From assembly GCA_951406725.2 (NCBI GenBank), contig OX597839.1:29450001-29514000 (forward strand): a stretch of DNA of 64,000 bases, read 5' to 3'. The notes below the pieces were generated by a model. It ran no database searches, had not been told where the DNA came from, and saw only the letters and a program-made list of their open reading frames with translations. Source of the stretch: Octopus vulgaris. Taxonomy: Eukaryota. Within the stretch, counting starts at the first letter, position 1; every line of letters begins with the position of its first letter. Positions 11,515 through 23,882 of the stretch are shown piece by piece. The translations under genes were made by a program, and so were the position numbers.

Positions 11515-12175
11515 AAGGTAGCGAGCAAGCAGAATCGTTAGTTTGTACATCGGACAAAATACTTAGCGGCATTTTGTCCGTATTTACGGCATGTGTTCAA
11601 ATTCCGCCGAGGTCGACTTTGCTCTTCATCTCGTCGGGTTCGATAAAATAAGTATCAGTTGAGGACTGGAGTCGATGTAATGAACTTAACCCCTCCCCCG
11701 AAACTGCTGGCCTCGCGCCAAATTTGAAATCATTATTTTGGCATGTGTTAAAGCGGTGAGCTGGCAAAATGGTTAGCGTGCCGGATAAAATGCTTAGCGA
11801 CATTTCGTCCGTATTTTCATTCTGAGTTTAAATTGCACCGTGTTCGATTTTGGAATCGATGAAATTAGTACCAGCCGAACCAGTACCAGTCGATGTAATC
11901 GACTTACATTCATTCAGCCCCGAAGTTTCTGGCTTTGTGCTAAAATTTGAAACCATGTTTATGATGTGTGTTAAGACGGCGAACCGGTAGAATCGTTAAC
12001 CCACCGGACAAACTGCTTAACCGCACTTCGTCCGTCTTTACGCTCTGGCTTCAAATTTCACCGAGGTCAACTTTACCTTTCATCCTTTCGGGGTCGATAA
12101 AATAAATACCACTTAAACACTGGGGTCTATATTACACCCCCCCTCCAGCATTTCTCCCCAAATTTCAGGCCTTCT
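11515..12175 (+). mobile_element. Three head-to-tail degenerate SINE A copies (about 11517-11730, 11750-11955, 11975-12175)
   Basis: Repeated head/body motifs, each separated by a short spacer containing tgtg(t)taag. Confidence 0.8.
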
Positions 12176-12770
12176 GCGTAAGCTTTTTATGATGTGCATC
12201 TCGATGGTTTGTAGATCACCGGGCTGCTATTTCTAGCAGCAAAGCATGTGCGCATAGCTTAGAGGAACCATTGGTTCGTAACATTAACGATTCCTTACAG
12301 TTTCACTCAATGTACAAAGCTACAAACCATTAATGCTACATTAACTACGCACCACGAGTGGGAGTTCGAAGCTTGGCGGTCACTCTTCAAGCGAGTATGA
12401 TAGGCGAGGTTGTAACATGATATCGTTAAGTGTCTTAGGTGCAGATGTAGTCTTAGGTAGTCGTAGATGCCCTTTTGCCATTCTTGGTGAGCACCTAGGA
12501 TGTGATAGTTGGAGTAGGACAGAGTGATGGGGAGGAAAGGTGAAAGAGAGAGGGAGAGAAAGAGAGAGGGATAGAGTGAGAAAGGGTGGAGAAAGCGAGG
12601 AGGGAAGAAAGGAGTGAGAAAGGGAGGGGGAAAGAGAAAGGGAAAGAACGCGAGAGAGACAGAAAAAGGGTGGGAAGAGGGAAGGAAAGAAGGGAGAGAG
12701 CAGAGAGAGGGAGAGGAAAAGAGAGAATGAGAAAGCTGATACCCAACATGTGTTAACTGGAGTAGGAGAA

Positions 12771-12825
<55 letters not shown>

Positions 12826-13106
12826 AGCTGAATCAGCCTTGGGCTGGAACGCATTTTCATCTGAAGAGAAAAGAGCAACGGGAAATGAAGTGGTTTGCCC
12901 AACGAGGCCACGTACCACCCGGGTCCAGGAACCGAACTCACGCGATTATGATCGAGAGGTCAACATTTAACCATTATGTTGACCCGCCCATCCGCAACAC
13001 TCTTGCACACAAACTGCGACGCTTAAAGGCGCAATGTCGACGACGCGGCGCAGAGGAAACGCAACGAACATTGCCCATTGTTACGCTAAACGACAGATAA
13101 AACAAC

Positions 13107-14026
13107 TGGTGTTCCGTCGGTTACGACGATGAGGGCTCCAGTTGATTCGATCAACAGAACAGCCTGCAAGTGGCTGAGTACTCCACAGACATGTGTACTC
13201 TTAATGTAGCTCTTTGGGAGATTCAGCGTGACACTGAATGCGACAAGGCTGGCCTTTTTGAATTACAGGTGCAACTCATTTTTGCCAGCTGAAGTAACGA
13301 GAAATGAAGTATTTTGCTCAAGGCACTGTAAAGTAAAGTAAAGACCCCCTTCGGTCATGAATGACCATGGGATTGCACCTAGAAAGTTACCCTCCTAGAC
13401 ACAAGTCCGGGCAAGGTGGTTTATGGAAGACCAGCAGTCGCCCATGCATACCAGCCTCCTCTCTCCACGCCACCCGTGTTATCCAAGGGAAAGACAAAGG
13501 TCGATACAGCTTGGCACCAGTGACGTCGCAACTCATTTCTACAGCTGGAGCAATGTGAAATAAAGTGCCTTGCTCAAGAACACAACACGCAGCCGGGTCC
13601 GGGATTCGAGCTCACAACCTCACGATCGTAAGCTCGATGCTCTAACCACTGAGCCATGCGCCTTCGGCGCTGTATACATACATAAAAACTATAAATACAC
13701 ATATATATGTATGTACGTAGAGGAGCACTCCGTCGGTTACGACGACGAGGGTCCCAGCTGATACGGTCAACGGAACAGCCTGCTCGTGAAATTAACGTGC
13801 AAGTGGCTGAGCACTCCACAGACACGTATACCCTTTATGTAGTTATGAGGGAAATTCAGCGTGGAACAGAGTGTGACAATACCGGTACTACACACTTTTG
13901 CCGCTGAGTGGACTGGAGAAAAGTGAAATAAAGTCTCTTGCTCAGGGACACAACGCTGGCCGGGTATTGATCTCACGACCTTACGATCGTGAGTGGAATA
14001 CCCTAACCACTGAGCCACGCGCCTTC
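13107..14026 (-). mobile_element. Cluster of tRNA-derived SINE family C copies (13107-13325 partial; 13340-13666 tail type C1; 13725-14026 tail type C2)
   Basis: Head GAAGGCGC(A/G)TGGCTCAGTGGTTAG...TCGAATCCCGG, shared core CTTGAGCAAG..ACTTTATTTCAC..CTCCAG, different 3' halves. Confidence 0.9.
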
Positions 14027-14181
14027 ACTATGTATGTATGCATAGACTTTCACAAACATAAATTCATTCATGCATAGAGACCTACTTACATATAAAAACG
14101 CATAAAAGTAGAGAGAGAGAAACGATGTTTTGTGTGTCTACGTATGTGTGTGTGTTTGTGTGTGTATTTATGTGTATATGT

Positions 14182-14213
<32 letters not shown>

Positions 14214-14234
14214 ATTTATGTATGTATGTATGTA

Positions 14235-14271
<37 letters not shown>

Positions 14272-14439
14272 CTGCACCCACTATCGTTCTGTCTGTCTGT
14301 CTGTCTGTCTGCCTTACCCAAATAAAAAATATTCCTGGAGATTAGAGATATTCGAGTACAATTAAACCGAACGTATTTGCAATTACATCTTTCGGTATAC
14401 GTGTGTATGAGTGTGTGTGTCAGAAAGAGAGAGCGAAAG

Positions 14440-14477
<38 letters not shown>

Positions 14478-14585
14478 GAAATGAGGTAATTAGAAGATCG
14501 GATAGTTTATATTTATAGATATTTATTTATATATTACATTTTTTACATATATATATCATATCATTCAGATCATATCATTCAGATC

Positions 14586-14625
14586 ATTAGCGCTTTCTCC
14601 CATTCTAGTGGGGTTTTCAAATCAA
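14586..14625 (-). ncRNA. Decayed minimal hammerhead-like relic
   Basis: Minus strand: TTGAAAA ccccactagaatggga GAAA GCGC TA; two core mutations relative to CUGANGA; palindromic stem III AGCGCT. Confidence 0.35.
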
Positions 14626-14743
14626 AATAAGTTCCTTTGTGGGGAATTTTAATCATTTTATAGTGTTTCGTAGTGGTGGGGAGGAATGTAAGACAGTACA
14701 AGAGGGTGAGGTGGATGAGGAGAAAGTGAGAGAGAGAACATGT

Positions 14744-14793
<50 letters not shown>

Positions 14794-15557
14794 ACGTACG
14801 GACATACGGCCTGTGTCACGTGTTCCCGAGTCCATTAAATATTCATTTCCATTAACCACGATGTGTTTGTTTCCAAAATAAGCCAGTTAAATAACTACAT
14901 AGATATCCACACGGCATATGATGGATGTGATAAGGGCTACACTTGAACGTATCGTATGCCCGGCTTAGAAAGAATATTGTTAAGTCCACGGCATATTGCC
15001 ATCTTATGCTTCGCATCCATACGAAACGTGCGTTGATAAATATCCTGTCATTGGATATACACACGGTATAATGTGAAGATACTGTTTGTATTCTAAACCT
15101 GATCGATCGAATAGTCGCAGAGATATTCAGACGGCTTATTATGGTAATAGAACTATGGAAAACCTACCTGCGCAATAAACACATAGATATTTACACGGCG
15201 TGTTTTGATATTGGTTGTAGCTAAACGGAGTTGGTTTAATCTAATATAAAACATGTTTGGATTATAATAGTTATTATAATGATTGATAACATAGGCGGTC
15301 ACATGTAGAGTCGGCCGTCACTCGCGAGCGTCTATGGGTGGCTCGGTAACATGTACAATGCTCTTCGCTCATTGCTTTAGGCGCCTCGGTAGTCGCGAGC
15401 AGACAGCGTTTCGGGCCGCTAAACCAGCACTCAGCCGGTACGCATTCCCTCGTAGACGGACTTGAGTGACATAAAAAAAGAAGAAAACCTCTTGAGCTTT
15501 TCTCAATGGCATCCATACCTATGTGTGCGTGTGTGTGTTGTGTGTGTGTGTATGCAC

Positions 15558-15559
<2 letters not shown>

Positions 15560-15593
<34 letters not shown>

Positions 15594-16058
15594 GCATGTA
15601 TATATACATATGCATGTATATATACATATATATACACATATATATACATATATATATATATATATATGGATATATATATACATATATATATGGATATATA
15701 TATATATACATATATATATGGATATATATATATATACATATATATATATGGATATATATATATATACATATATATATATGGATATATATATATACATATA
15801 TATATATGGATATATATATATATACATATATATATGGATATATATATATACATATATATATGGATATATATATATACATATATATATGGATATATATATA
15901 TATATATATGGATATATATACATATATATATGGATATATATACATATATATATGGATATATATACATATATATATGGATATATATACATATATATATATA
16001 TATGGATATATATACATATATATATGGATATATATGTACATATATATGGATTATATAT

Positions 16059-16092
<34 letters not shown>

Positions 16093-16099
16093 GGATATT

Positions 16100-16136
<37 letters not shown>

Positions 16137-16140
16137 ATAC
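15560..16140. repeat. (TA)n-derived higher-order repeat with periodic GG and CA interruptions
   Basis: Units of about 20-30 bp: GGATATATA..TACATATATAT. Confidence 0.95.
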
Positions 16141-16344
16141 ATATACGTATATTAAACATTAAAAAATATTCCACACAAGTAGATTTCCCATATAAGTGTG
16201 TATGCATGTGTGTGTGTGAGTGCGTGCGTGTGTGTGTATGTATGTAAGTGAATACATATGTATAAATATGCATGTATGTATGTGTATACACACACGCACG
16301 CGCACACACACACAACAATATATATATATATATAATAAAATGGA

Positions 16345-16650
16345 GGAGGTACTTAATTATATCACTTTTGGAAGGGTTAATCAGTTTAAATTTAGCGTTG
16401 CAAAGGAAATTAAATTTATGGTCCTTGAGGGTGATGTGAGTCGATTCACGAGGTATTCTATCTTTAACAAAGTGGTTATTTCCTCTGCTTTTATATCTTT
16501 CAATGTATATCGCAATTTTTCTTGCTTTTATCATTGACGCTGCTGGATAAGAATCATTGTATTATAGTAGCAATTGCTAATTGTTTCGACTCGGATTTTT
16601 TGTTTTGTCAGCAATACTATGTACTCTCGGCGATCCTTAGAGGCTCCAGT
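16345..16650 (-). pseudogene. Naiad-type Penelope-like element RT N-terminal fragment
   Basis: IADKTKN and [28 protein letters not shown] match the ADKT.N.Y and ITLKDHK.NF...P..RLINP.KS motifs I associate with Naiad PLEs. Confidence 0.75.
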
Positions 16651-16857
16651 TGCGACATGAGCGCTAACTCGCGACAAACTCCAATATTCACACTTTATTT
16701 ATAAATTTATCTGCTTCCAGGTTCACTATTCTCTAAAGTAATTGCTTTAGTTTTCTCGTTGTTCGTAAATTCTTGTAACATGAACTACGTATTATATATT
16801 ACCACTTTAACCCTCCGCAAATCTCAAATTATATTAAATTTGCTTTGCGGGAAGGAC

Positions 16858-17035
16858 GGTTTTAACGAAGTCACGTCTTGTCTCTACGTTCGAAACGCAG
16901 AGTAGATAAAACAGCGACAACTGACGAAGGGATTCTTCTTTATGTTGCCCGTCTCGTTTCCCTGTTTATTTCTTTCGTTGTTAAAAAAGTTCGTTCTCCA
17001 TATTTTTGTTCGTATTTTTTGACGTCCTGTACCCA
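16858..17035 (+). mobile_element. Probable PLE pLTR, inverted relative to the adjacent ORF fragment, with a decayed hammerhead
   Basis: gtttta-ACGA-agtcACGT..ACGTtc GAAA CGCAGAG TA gataaaac; stem III resembles ACTCAGAGT at 55725; a second CTGACGA at 16921; T-rich end abutting (TA)n. Confidence 0.45.
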
Positions 17036-17052
17036 TATATGCATGTATTTAT

Positions 17053-17177
17053 GCATATATATTTGTAGATATCTACATATATGTATGTATATATGCATAT
17101 ATATTTGTAGATATCTACATATATGTATGTATATATGCATATATATTTGTAGATATCTACATATATGTATGTATATA

Positions 17178-17185
<8 letters not shown>
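17053..17185. repeat. 42-bp tandem repeat, about 3 copies, with palindromic core TGTAGATATCTACA
   Basis: Directly visible. Confidence 0.9.
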
Positions 17186-17213
<28 letters not shown>

Positions 17214-17320
17214 CTATTTTATACATTATATATATATATATATGCATACATAGATACACACACACACACAGACACCCACAGACCCCCACACACACACACA
17301 TATACATATACATGCATACA

Positions 17321-17580
17321 CAGGGTGCGGTGAATAAATTGTCTAAATTATGCGAAGAAAATGAAAATAACACTGACATCTCATTTTAAGAGATATATTT
17401 ACCAAAATTACAGAAAAATATCTTGAAATACTAAAGAGTAAATTTATTCAATAAAATCGCCATTGGCTTCAACCGCGGACTCCAGACGACTTCGGAATCC
17501 ACTACTACTCATCTGGACGGTCTCCTTGTTTAAGTTGGTGAATGCTGCCATAATCCTTGCCTTCACTTCATCTTTGGTGT
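17321..17580 (-). mobile_element. Tc1/mariner-superfamily (maT-like) transposon 3' end with TIR CAGGGTGCGGTGAATAAATTGTC
   Basis: Minus strand TKDEVKARIMAAFTNLNKETVQ...FRSRLESAVEANGDFIE*; homologous to 20576-21185. Confidence 0.8.
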
Positions 17581-17699
17581 ATTAAAACACACACACACAC
17601 ATGTATATATATATACATATATATATATATATACATACACATACACACACATATATATGTATATATATATATATATGCATATATATATATACATATATG

Positions 17700-17930
17700 T
17701 GTGTGTATGTGTGTGTGTTTGTGTCTGTGTTTGTCCCCACCCCCAACGTAACTTGACAACCGATGCTGGTATGTTTACGTCCACGTAACTTAGCGGTTCG
17801 ACAAAACTGACCGATAGAATAAGTGCTAGTCTTAGAAAGAATAAGTTCTGGGGTCGATTTGTTCGACTAAAGGCGGTACTCCAGCTTAGCCGCAGTCAAA
17901 TGAGTGAAACAAATAAAAGAATAAAAGAAA
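17700..17930 (+). mobile_element. SINE B 3' half
   Basis: Matches the reverse complement of 10795-11000. Confidence 0.88.
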
Positions 17931-18100
17931 AAAAAAAAATATATATCAATCCATCCATAGATGTGTATGCATAGATGGAGAGATTATTTTATTTAATTTG
18001 CTTGTATGTATAACGAAGGAAAAGTACTCAACATAAAACAGTGTGTTACAGTTCCACTACTTATAAAACACATGTAAAAACACACATAAACAATCATAAA

Positions 18101-18144
<44 letters not shown>

Positions 18145-18280
18145 GAAGTTATTGAAGAGCTGCGTGGGATGACGTGTTTTGCTCAAAAACACGACCCACC
18201 ATCCGTTTCAGGAATTTGAAACGATGTTTTCGCAATCATGAGTACAATATCCAAACCACTGGGCCACATGTAACAGCTTC

Positions 18281-18347
<67 letters not shown>

Positions 18348-18488
18348 ACACGCACATACACACACACAAGTACATACAGAAATACACATAAATGCAGTTA
18401 CGTGTGTGCGTGCACATGCGTCTGTATTCCCATTTGTGCATATATCTGTGTACATGAATCTGTATGCATGTATGTGTGCATGTATATA

Positions 18489-18524
<36 letters not shown>

Positions 18525-19603
18525 TATATAAATGTATACATAAACGTGTGTGTGTGTGTGTGTGCATTTAGAGATGCATGTTATAATATTTAGCTTGTGT
18601 GTGTATTTCGTAACCAACTTGCAAGGCCCAAGCCGGTTTAAATATTGCACATTGCATTTGGTGTATTTTTACATTGAGAATCAATAAACTATGACGGAGT
18701 TTATCGTTCTTGCATTCGGATCGATAAATGTCAGAAGGCATTTCACTTCGGTTTCAGGAGAGAAACTAACGTCACTTGTCTCCGTCGTCCACTTCGCATT
18801 CACATCGCAGATGCAGAGCGGAATATGCGCGCGCACACAGCATGCACGCCTCCCCCCCCCCACCCTTCCCTCCAACACAAACATACTTATAGACACTCTC
18901 GTATGTCACATATGCATAAACATATATATATAAATACATACATATATACTTGTATAAATATATACATAAATATATATATGTATAAATATATATATATATA
19001 GATACATATATATATATGTGTGTGTATGTATGTATATAGGCACACAGCACGCGTGCACATTTACGTTTGCATGCATAAAAACGAAACCTCAGCATGTGTA
19101 GAGATGTGTTAGTGCATGCCAATGTGCATGTATACAAATGCATATGTGTGTGTCTGCATATATATATATATATATATACACACATGTATATATAATATAC
19201 ATTTATACCTATATATGTGTATATATGTATGTGTTTATATATATGTATGTATATATATATATATATATATATATGCACAGATATATATATACATGCAAAC
19301 ATCAACTCTCACAATTGTAAATATATTGACGCATACAAAAATTTATATACCTAGCTTACAGGGTATATTCGCATAGATGTATATGTACCTACGTGTGTGT
19401 GTGTGTGTGTGTGTGTGTACGCATGCACCCCTACTTATATAATTGTGTGAAGTTTTGTCCCAGAATCATTATTGCACAAGTGCACATTAGTATGTTTCTG
19501 CTTTGTAGAGGTGCACATGCATACATGCATGTGCATGCATGTCATATAACATGTCACATTATATTATCACATAATACATAGGCATCTTTGCATGTGTGTG
19601 TGC

Positions 19604-19634
<31 letters not shown>

Positions 19635-19713
19635 CACAAATATATGTGTTCGTGTGTGTGTGTCTGTATAGACATATAAATGCGCGCATGTGTTTGTGCG
19701 CATGTTTATATAT

Positions 19714-19761
<48 letters not shown>

Positions 19762-20575
19762 GTGTGTGTGTGTGTATATGCAAATGTGTATAAAATTGGG
19801 TAAGTCGCTGCATGTATGTGCATTTGAAGTGGTATGGATGCATTCTGAGCATTTTTAGTTATACACTGCACATATATATGCAACAGCCGTTTTATGTCTA
19901 TGCATGTGTGCGTATAATGACATATACATCACTCAGTGACACATGTAATCATTTGTGTCTGCCTGTCTGTCAGTCTGATTGTCTGTGTGTTGATCTAGCT
20001 ATCTTCCTATGTGTATGTATCTAGCTATCTTCCTACGTGTATGTATATATGTATGTATATACGTATGTATGTATGTATATATGCATGTACGTTTGTATGC
20101 ATATATGTGTGTATGTATGTAAGCGTGTGTGTGTGTGTGCATGCATGTATGTATGAATGCATATATGTGTGTGCATGTATATATTTATGTATGTACTTGT
20201 GTGTATGTAAGTGTGTGTCTATGTATGTATGTACTTGCGTGTGTATATGTATGTGTATATGAATATATATTTATATATGTCCTTGGTTTTTCGATTCCTT
20301 TTTGATGTGAAACCGTGTTCTGACCCCAATGTTTCCATTCCCTGAAAGGTCAGACTCTCAATAAATACACAATAGCTGGAGGTCAATTAAAAATTTATAT
20401 TATGATAGACTAATCAATAATTAATTAATAGCTTATTGATTAAAAACAATATGAGTGAAGTGAACTACAGTCTGTGCGAGTGTATATCGGAAAACTAATT
20501 ATCACCCTCCAAGTTAAGCGATACAGAAATATATACATAAAGTACGGGAACATATGATACATATACATGCATACA

Positions 20576-21190
20576 CAGGGTGCGGTGAATAAATTGTCGT
20601 CTAAATTATGAGAAGAAAATGAAAATAACACTGACATCTCATTTTAACAGATATATTCACCAAAATTACATAAAAATATCTTGAAATACTAACGAGTAAA
20701 TTTATTCAGTAAAATCGCCATTGGCTTCAACCACAGACGCCAGACGATGTCAGAATCTCCTGCAATTCTTCTGGATGGTCTCCTTGTTTAAATTGGTGAA
20801 TGCCGCTATAATATTTGCCTTCATTCATCTTTGGTGTTACAAGGAGTTTTGTTGGTCTCTCGCTCAACTGCACCCCACACAAAATAATCAAGGGGTTTGC
20901 TGTTTGGGAAGTTAGGTGGCCAGATGTTAGGGGTGCTGTGGTTACAGAATTAGTCTGACAGCCATGGCTGGGTTCTCTTGCTTGCGTTGCATGATGCAGT
21001 CCTGTTGCCAGACATAGGTCTTCCAGCAGCCACCCTCTTGACCTAGGGCAGCACTACCTCTTCCAGGCATTGATATTGAATCTGAGTCCGTGTGAGAAGA
21101 TGAATGGAGGCATAATGTCATCATCACTAGTGATCACTCCAAACACCATGATGTTGACTGGATATTTGATTTTTATCTCTCGGTACATGT
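20576..21190 (-). mobile_element. maT-like (probably DD37D) transposon 3' half, pseudogenised
   Basis: NIMVFGVITSDDDIMPPFIF, YVWQQD, WPPNFPNSKPLDY, VWGAVERETNKTPCNTKDE; same TIR as 17321. D-D spacing is not countable because of frameshifts. Confidence 0.8.
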
Positions 21191-21254
21191 CCTCAGATTG
21201 CACTGTCCTCTGATTAATACCCAAACATTCTGAAATGTTCGTATTGGAGCTTCC

Positions 21255-21285
<31 letters not shown>

Positions 21286-21339
21286 CACACACATCTACAT
21301 CTATCTATGCATCTATGTACATATCTCTCTCTCACTTCA

Positions 21340-21411
<72 letters not shown>

Positions 21412-21997
21412 GTATGTGTGTGTGTTATATTCACAGTTATCAATAGCCAGCGCTATTCGCCGGTACAATACGAAACTGATCCTACGCTCTGTCAGGGTAC
21501 CGATGTCCAACTTGCCAAAGCAACGTGCCAAGGAGATCTCAGTATATTTAGTGGGGCATCCTTTTCTACCCCAAGCACTTGAAATGACAAAGCTTGCACT
21601 GGTTGATGCAACGCAACCAGATGCACAATATCGTACCCCGATGAAACAGATGCAGGATAGGTCGGAACGATCGTCGTGCTGAACAAAGATTCCTACCAAA
21701 GCCATCTTCCGTTTCTTTTATGTATGTATGTATGTATGTATGTATGTATGTATGTATGTATGTATGTGGATATGATTTAGAGAAAACCCACTATTAAACA
21801 ATTCAATAAAGGAAGACGTTATTCCCACCATATACAAAAAATATACAATGAAAAAACCTGATTTGAAATCAATAAAGTACAATAAATAGTAAACGTTCGT
21901 GGTTTTTCTCTAAATTATATACATATATTATAGATTGTGGAATTTGATTTAAAATTGTTAAATTGAATTTTCCCTGCAAGATTTGGAATTATATTCC

Positions 21998-22042
<45 letters not shown>

Positions 22043-22085
22043 TTATCGTTGTTGTTGGTATTATTATTATTATTATTATTATATA

Positions 22086-22987
22086 TAGGGCCATCCCATA
22101 AATAATGCAGTTTTTTATACTTTTATTTTTCAAAATTATGATAAGCAAAGTTCTTTTTTAATCTAAAATATACTCTCCTTCATTTTCTTCCATCAATCTT
22201 GTAGACTTGCAAGGCCCCCTCTTCCAAAATTCACTTGTCAGTGACAAAGAATACTCCTCCATTACTCTTTTGACCTCGTCTACAGAATTCACATTTTTTC
22301 CGTCCAAATGATTTTGAAGACTGTGGAATAAATGATAATCAGATGGGGCAATGTCCGGCGAATATGTTGGATGGGACATCGTTTCCCATTCAAACTGCTC
22401 CAGCCTTTGGAATGTCATCCTCGCTGTATGTGGCCGAGCATTATCCTGATGGAAGAACACCCTTCGTCTTGAAACCAAAGATTGTCGTTTTCCCATGGCA
22501 CGCAGCTGTCGATGAATGGTTGGATGACCAAATCCAAGCTTCTCTGCTAGTTCCTCAAAAGTTACGATCAGATTTTGTTCCAGCAGGGTTTGCTCTACGT
22601 CGAGTTCTACAGATTTTTCAGGACGAAGCTCGTCTTCTAGGCTGTAGTTTCCGGCTTGGAATTTCTGGAACCACCGTTGACCCTAGCTTACGCTTATAGT
22701 CCGATCCCCATATACTACATTAATATTCCTCGTGCTTTCCGTTCCGTTGTTGCTTTTATTGAACTCATAAAGCAAAATATGCCAAATATGCTCCTTTCTC
22801 ACTTCCATTAAAGCTTTGAAAAAATAACTGTTAAAATGGAACTGCACTCTTCAAAACTTGCACTAAGAATAAGTACAAAGTAAAATTACTACCTGCTTTT
22901 ATAGCAAGTTGATACAGGTTGTTTATCCCGTCCCCCTCCGACTTTTAGTTCATGCAATTGAAAAGACCGCATTATCTATGGGATGAC

Positions 22988-22991
<4 letters not shown>
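22086..22991 (-). mobile_element. Internally deleted mariner element with both ~30-bp TIRs and flanking TA
   Basis: TIRs tagggccatcccataaataatgcagttttt / aaaagaccgcattatctatgggatgacccaa; transposase remnants QRWFQKFQAGNYSLEDE, HQDNARPH, YSPDIAPSDYHLF. Confidence 0.93.
22158..22808 (-). pseudogene. Mariner transposase pseudogene (in-frame internal deletion, TAG at codon 42, C-terminal frameshift)
   Basis: ATG at 22808 (MEVRKEHIWHILLYEF) is 104 codons upstream of, and in frame with, ORF 22158-22496. Confidence 0.88.
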
Positions 22992-23028
<37 letters not shown>

Positions 23029-23030
<2 letters not shown>

Positions 23031-23268
23031 CTGCTTTCTTCCAAGGAATGTAATGCTCTTAGCTTATTTTTCCTTGGGGCTGACTTGATTGGAGCAAACT
23101 CGAGTATAACCAGCCGAAATTGCAAAGATAGTCTGGAACTCGACTGAGGATAGAAAACTCCGAATGATCCGTCCTTGTTTTCCTTGTATCGTCTGTCTAG
23201 ATATTTCGTTTCCCCTTTTTTTGTATCACCTAATTGTCTGGATGTTTTGCGTTCTTGCCCCATTTTCG

Positions 23269-23270
<2 letters not shown>
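23029..23270 (+). mobile_element. (TA)n-flanked ~240-bp insert, probable solo PLE pLTR
   Basis: Sharp (TA)n boundaries; hammerhead-like pieces (GGCTG..CAGCC GAAA TTGCAA; CTGAGGA..CTCC GAAT..GTC); T-rich 3' part like the other pLTR candidates. Confidence 0.4.
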
Positions 23271-23329
<59 letters not shown>

Positions 23330-23664
23330 TATATAGGTGCAGTGTGGTTAGAAGTTTGCTACCCGACCACATGTGTTTCTGGTAGGGTTTAACACTACTT
23401 CCTTTCTCGTTCTTCGCACTTATCACTCATCGTCCCTACTAAACTGTAAGACTCTCTAAATGACTATACCCCAGTTCGCTTCAAACTTTAAATGAAGCAA
23501 CACCTTGAATATAGCTGTATGGACACGTGTTGAATCTGGATGATATCTCGATGCAGATGAACAAACAGATTGCAAATGAAAACCACATTGCAAGATATCC
23601 ATGCAGCAGAAACATATGTCAGACAAAGGTTTTAATTAAATGTGATGTATAAATGACTGTGACA

Positions 23665-23882
23665 ATCCTTTCTACGAGAGATACAAGGCCTGAAATTTGT
23701 TGGGAAGGGCATTAGCCGATTACATCGGCCCTAGTGTTTCACTGGTACTTAATTTATCGAACCCGAAAGGATGAAAGGCAAAGCCGACCTCGGCGGAATT
23801 TGAACTCTGAACATAGCGACTGGCGAAATGCTGCTATGTATTTCGCCCGGCGTGCTAACCATTCTGCCAACTTGTCGCCTTT
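23665..23882 (-). mobile_element. SINE A, short-tail full copy
   Basis: A head, body and tail motifs. Confidence 0.88.

Noticed and set aside
12290-12395. Minus-strand TTGAAGA...GAAACTGTAAGG resembling the 56343 hammerhead
   Set aside because: No convincing stem II and a mutated core.
13590-13666. tRNA gene calls for SINE heads
   Set aside because: A/B boxes are present, but each continues into a SINE body and lacks a complete cloverleaf.
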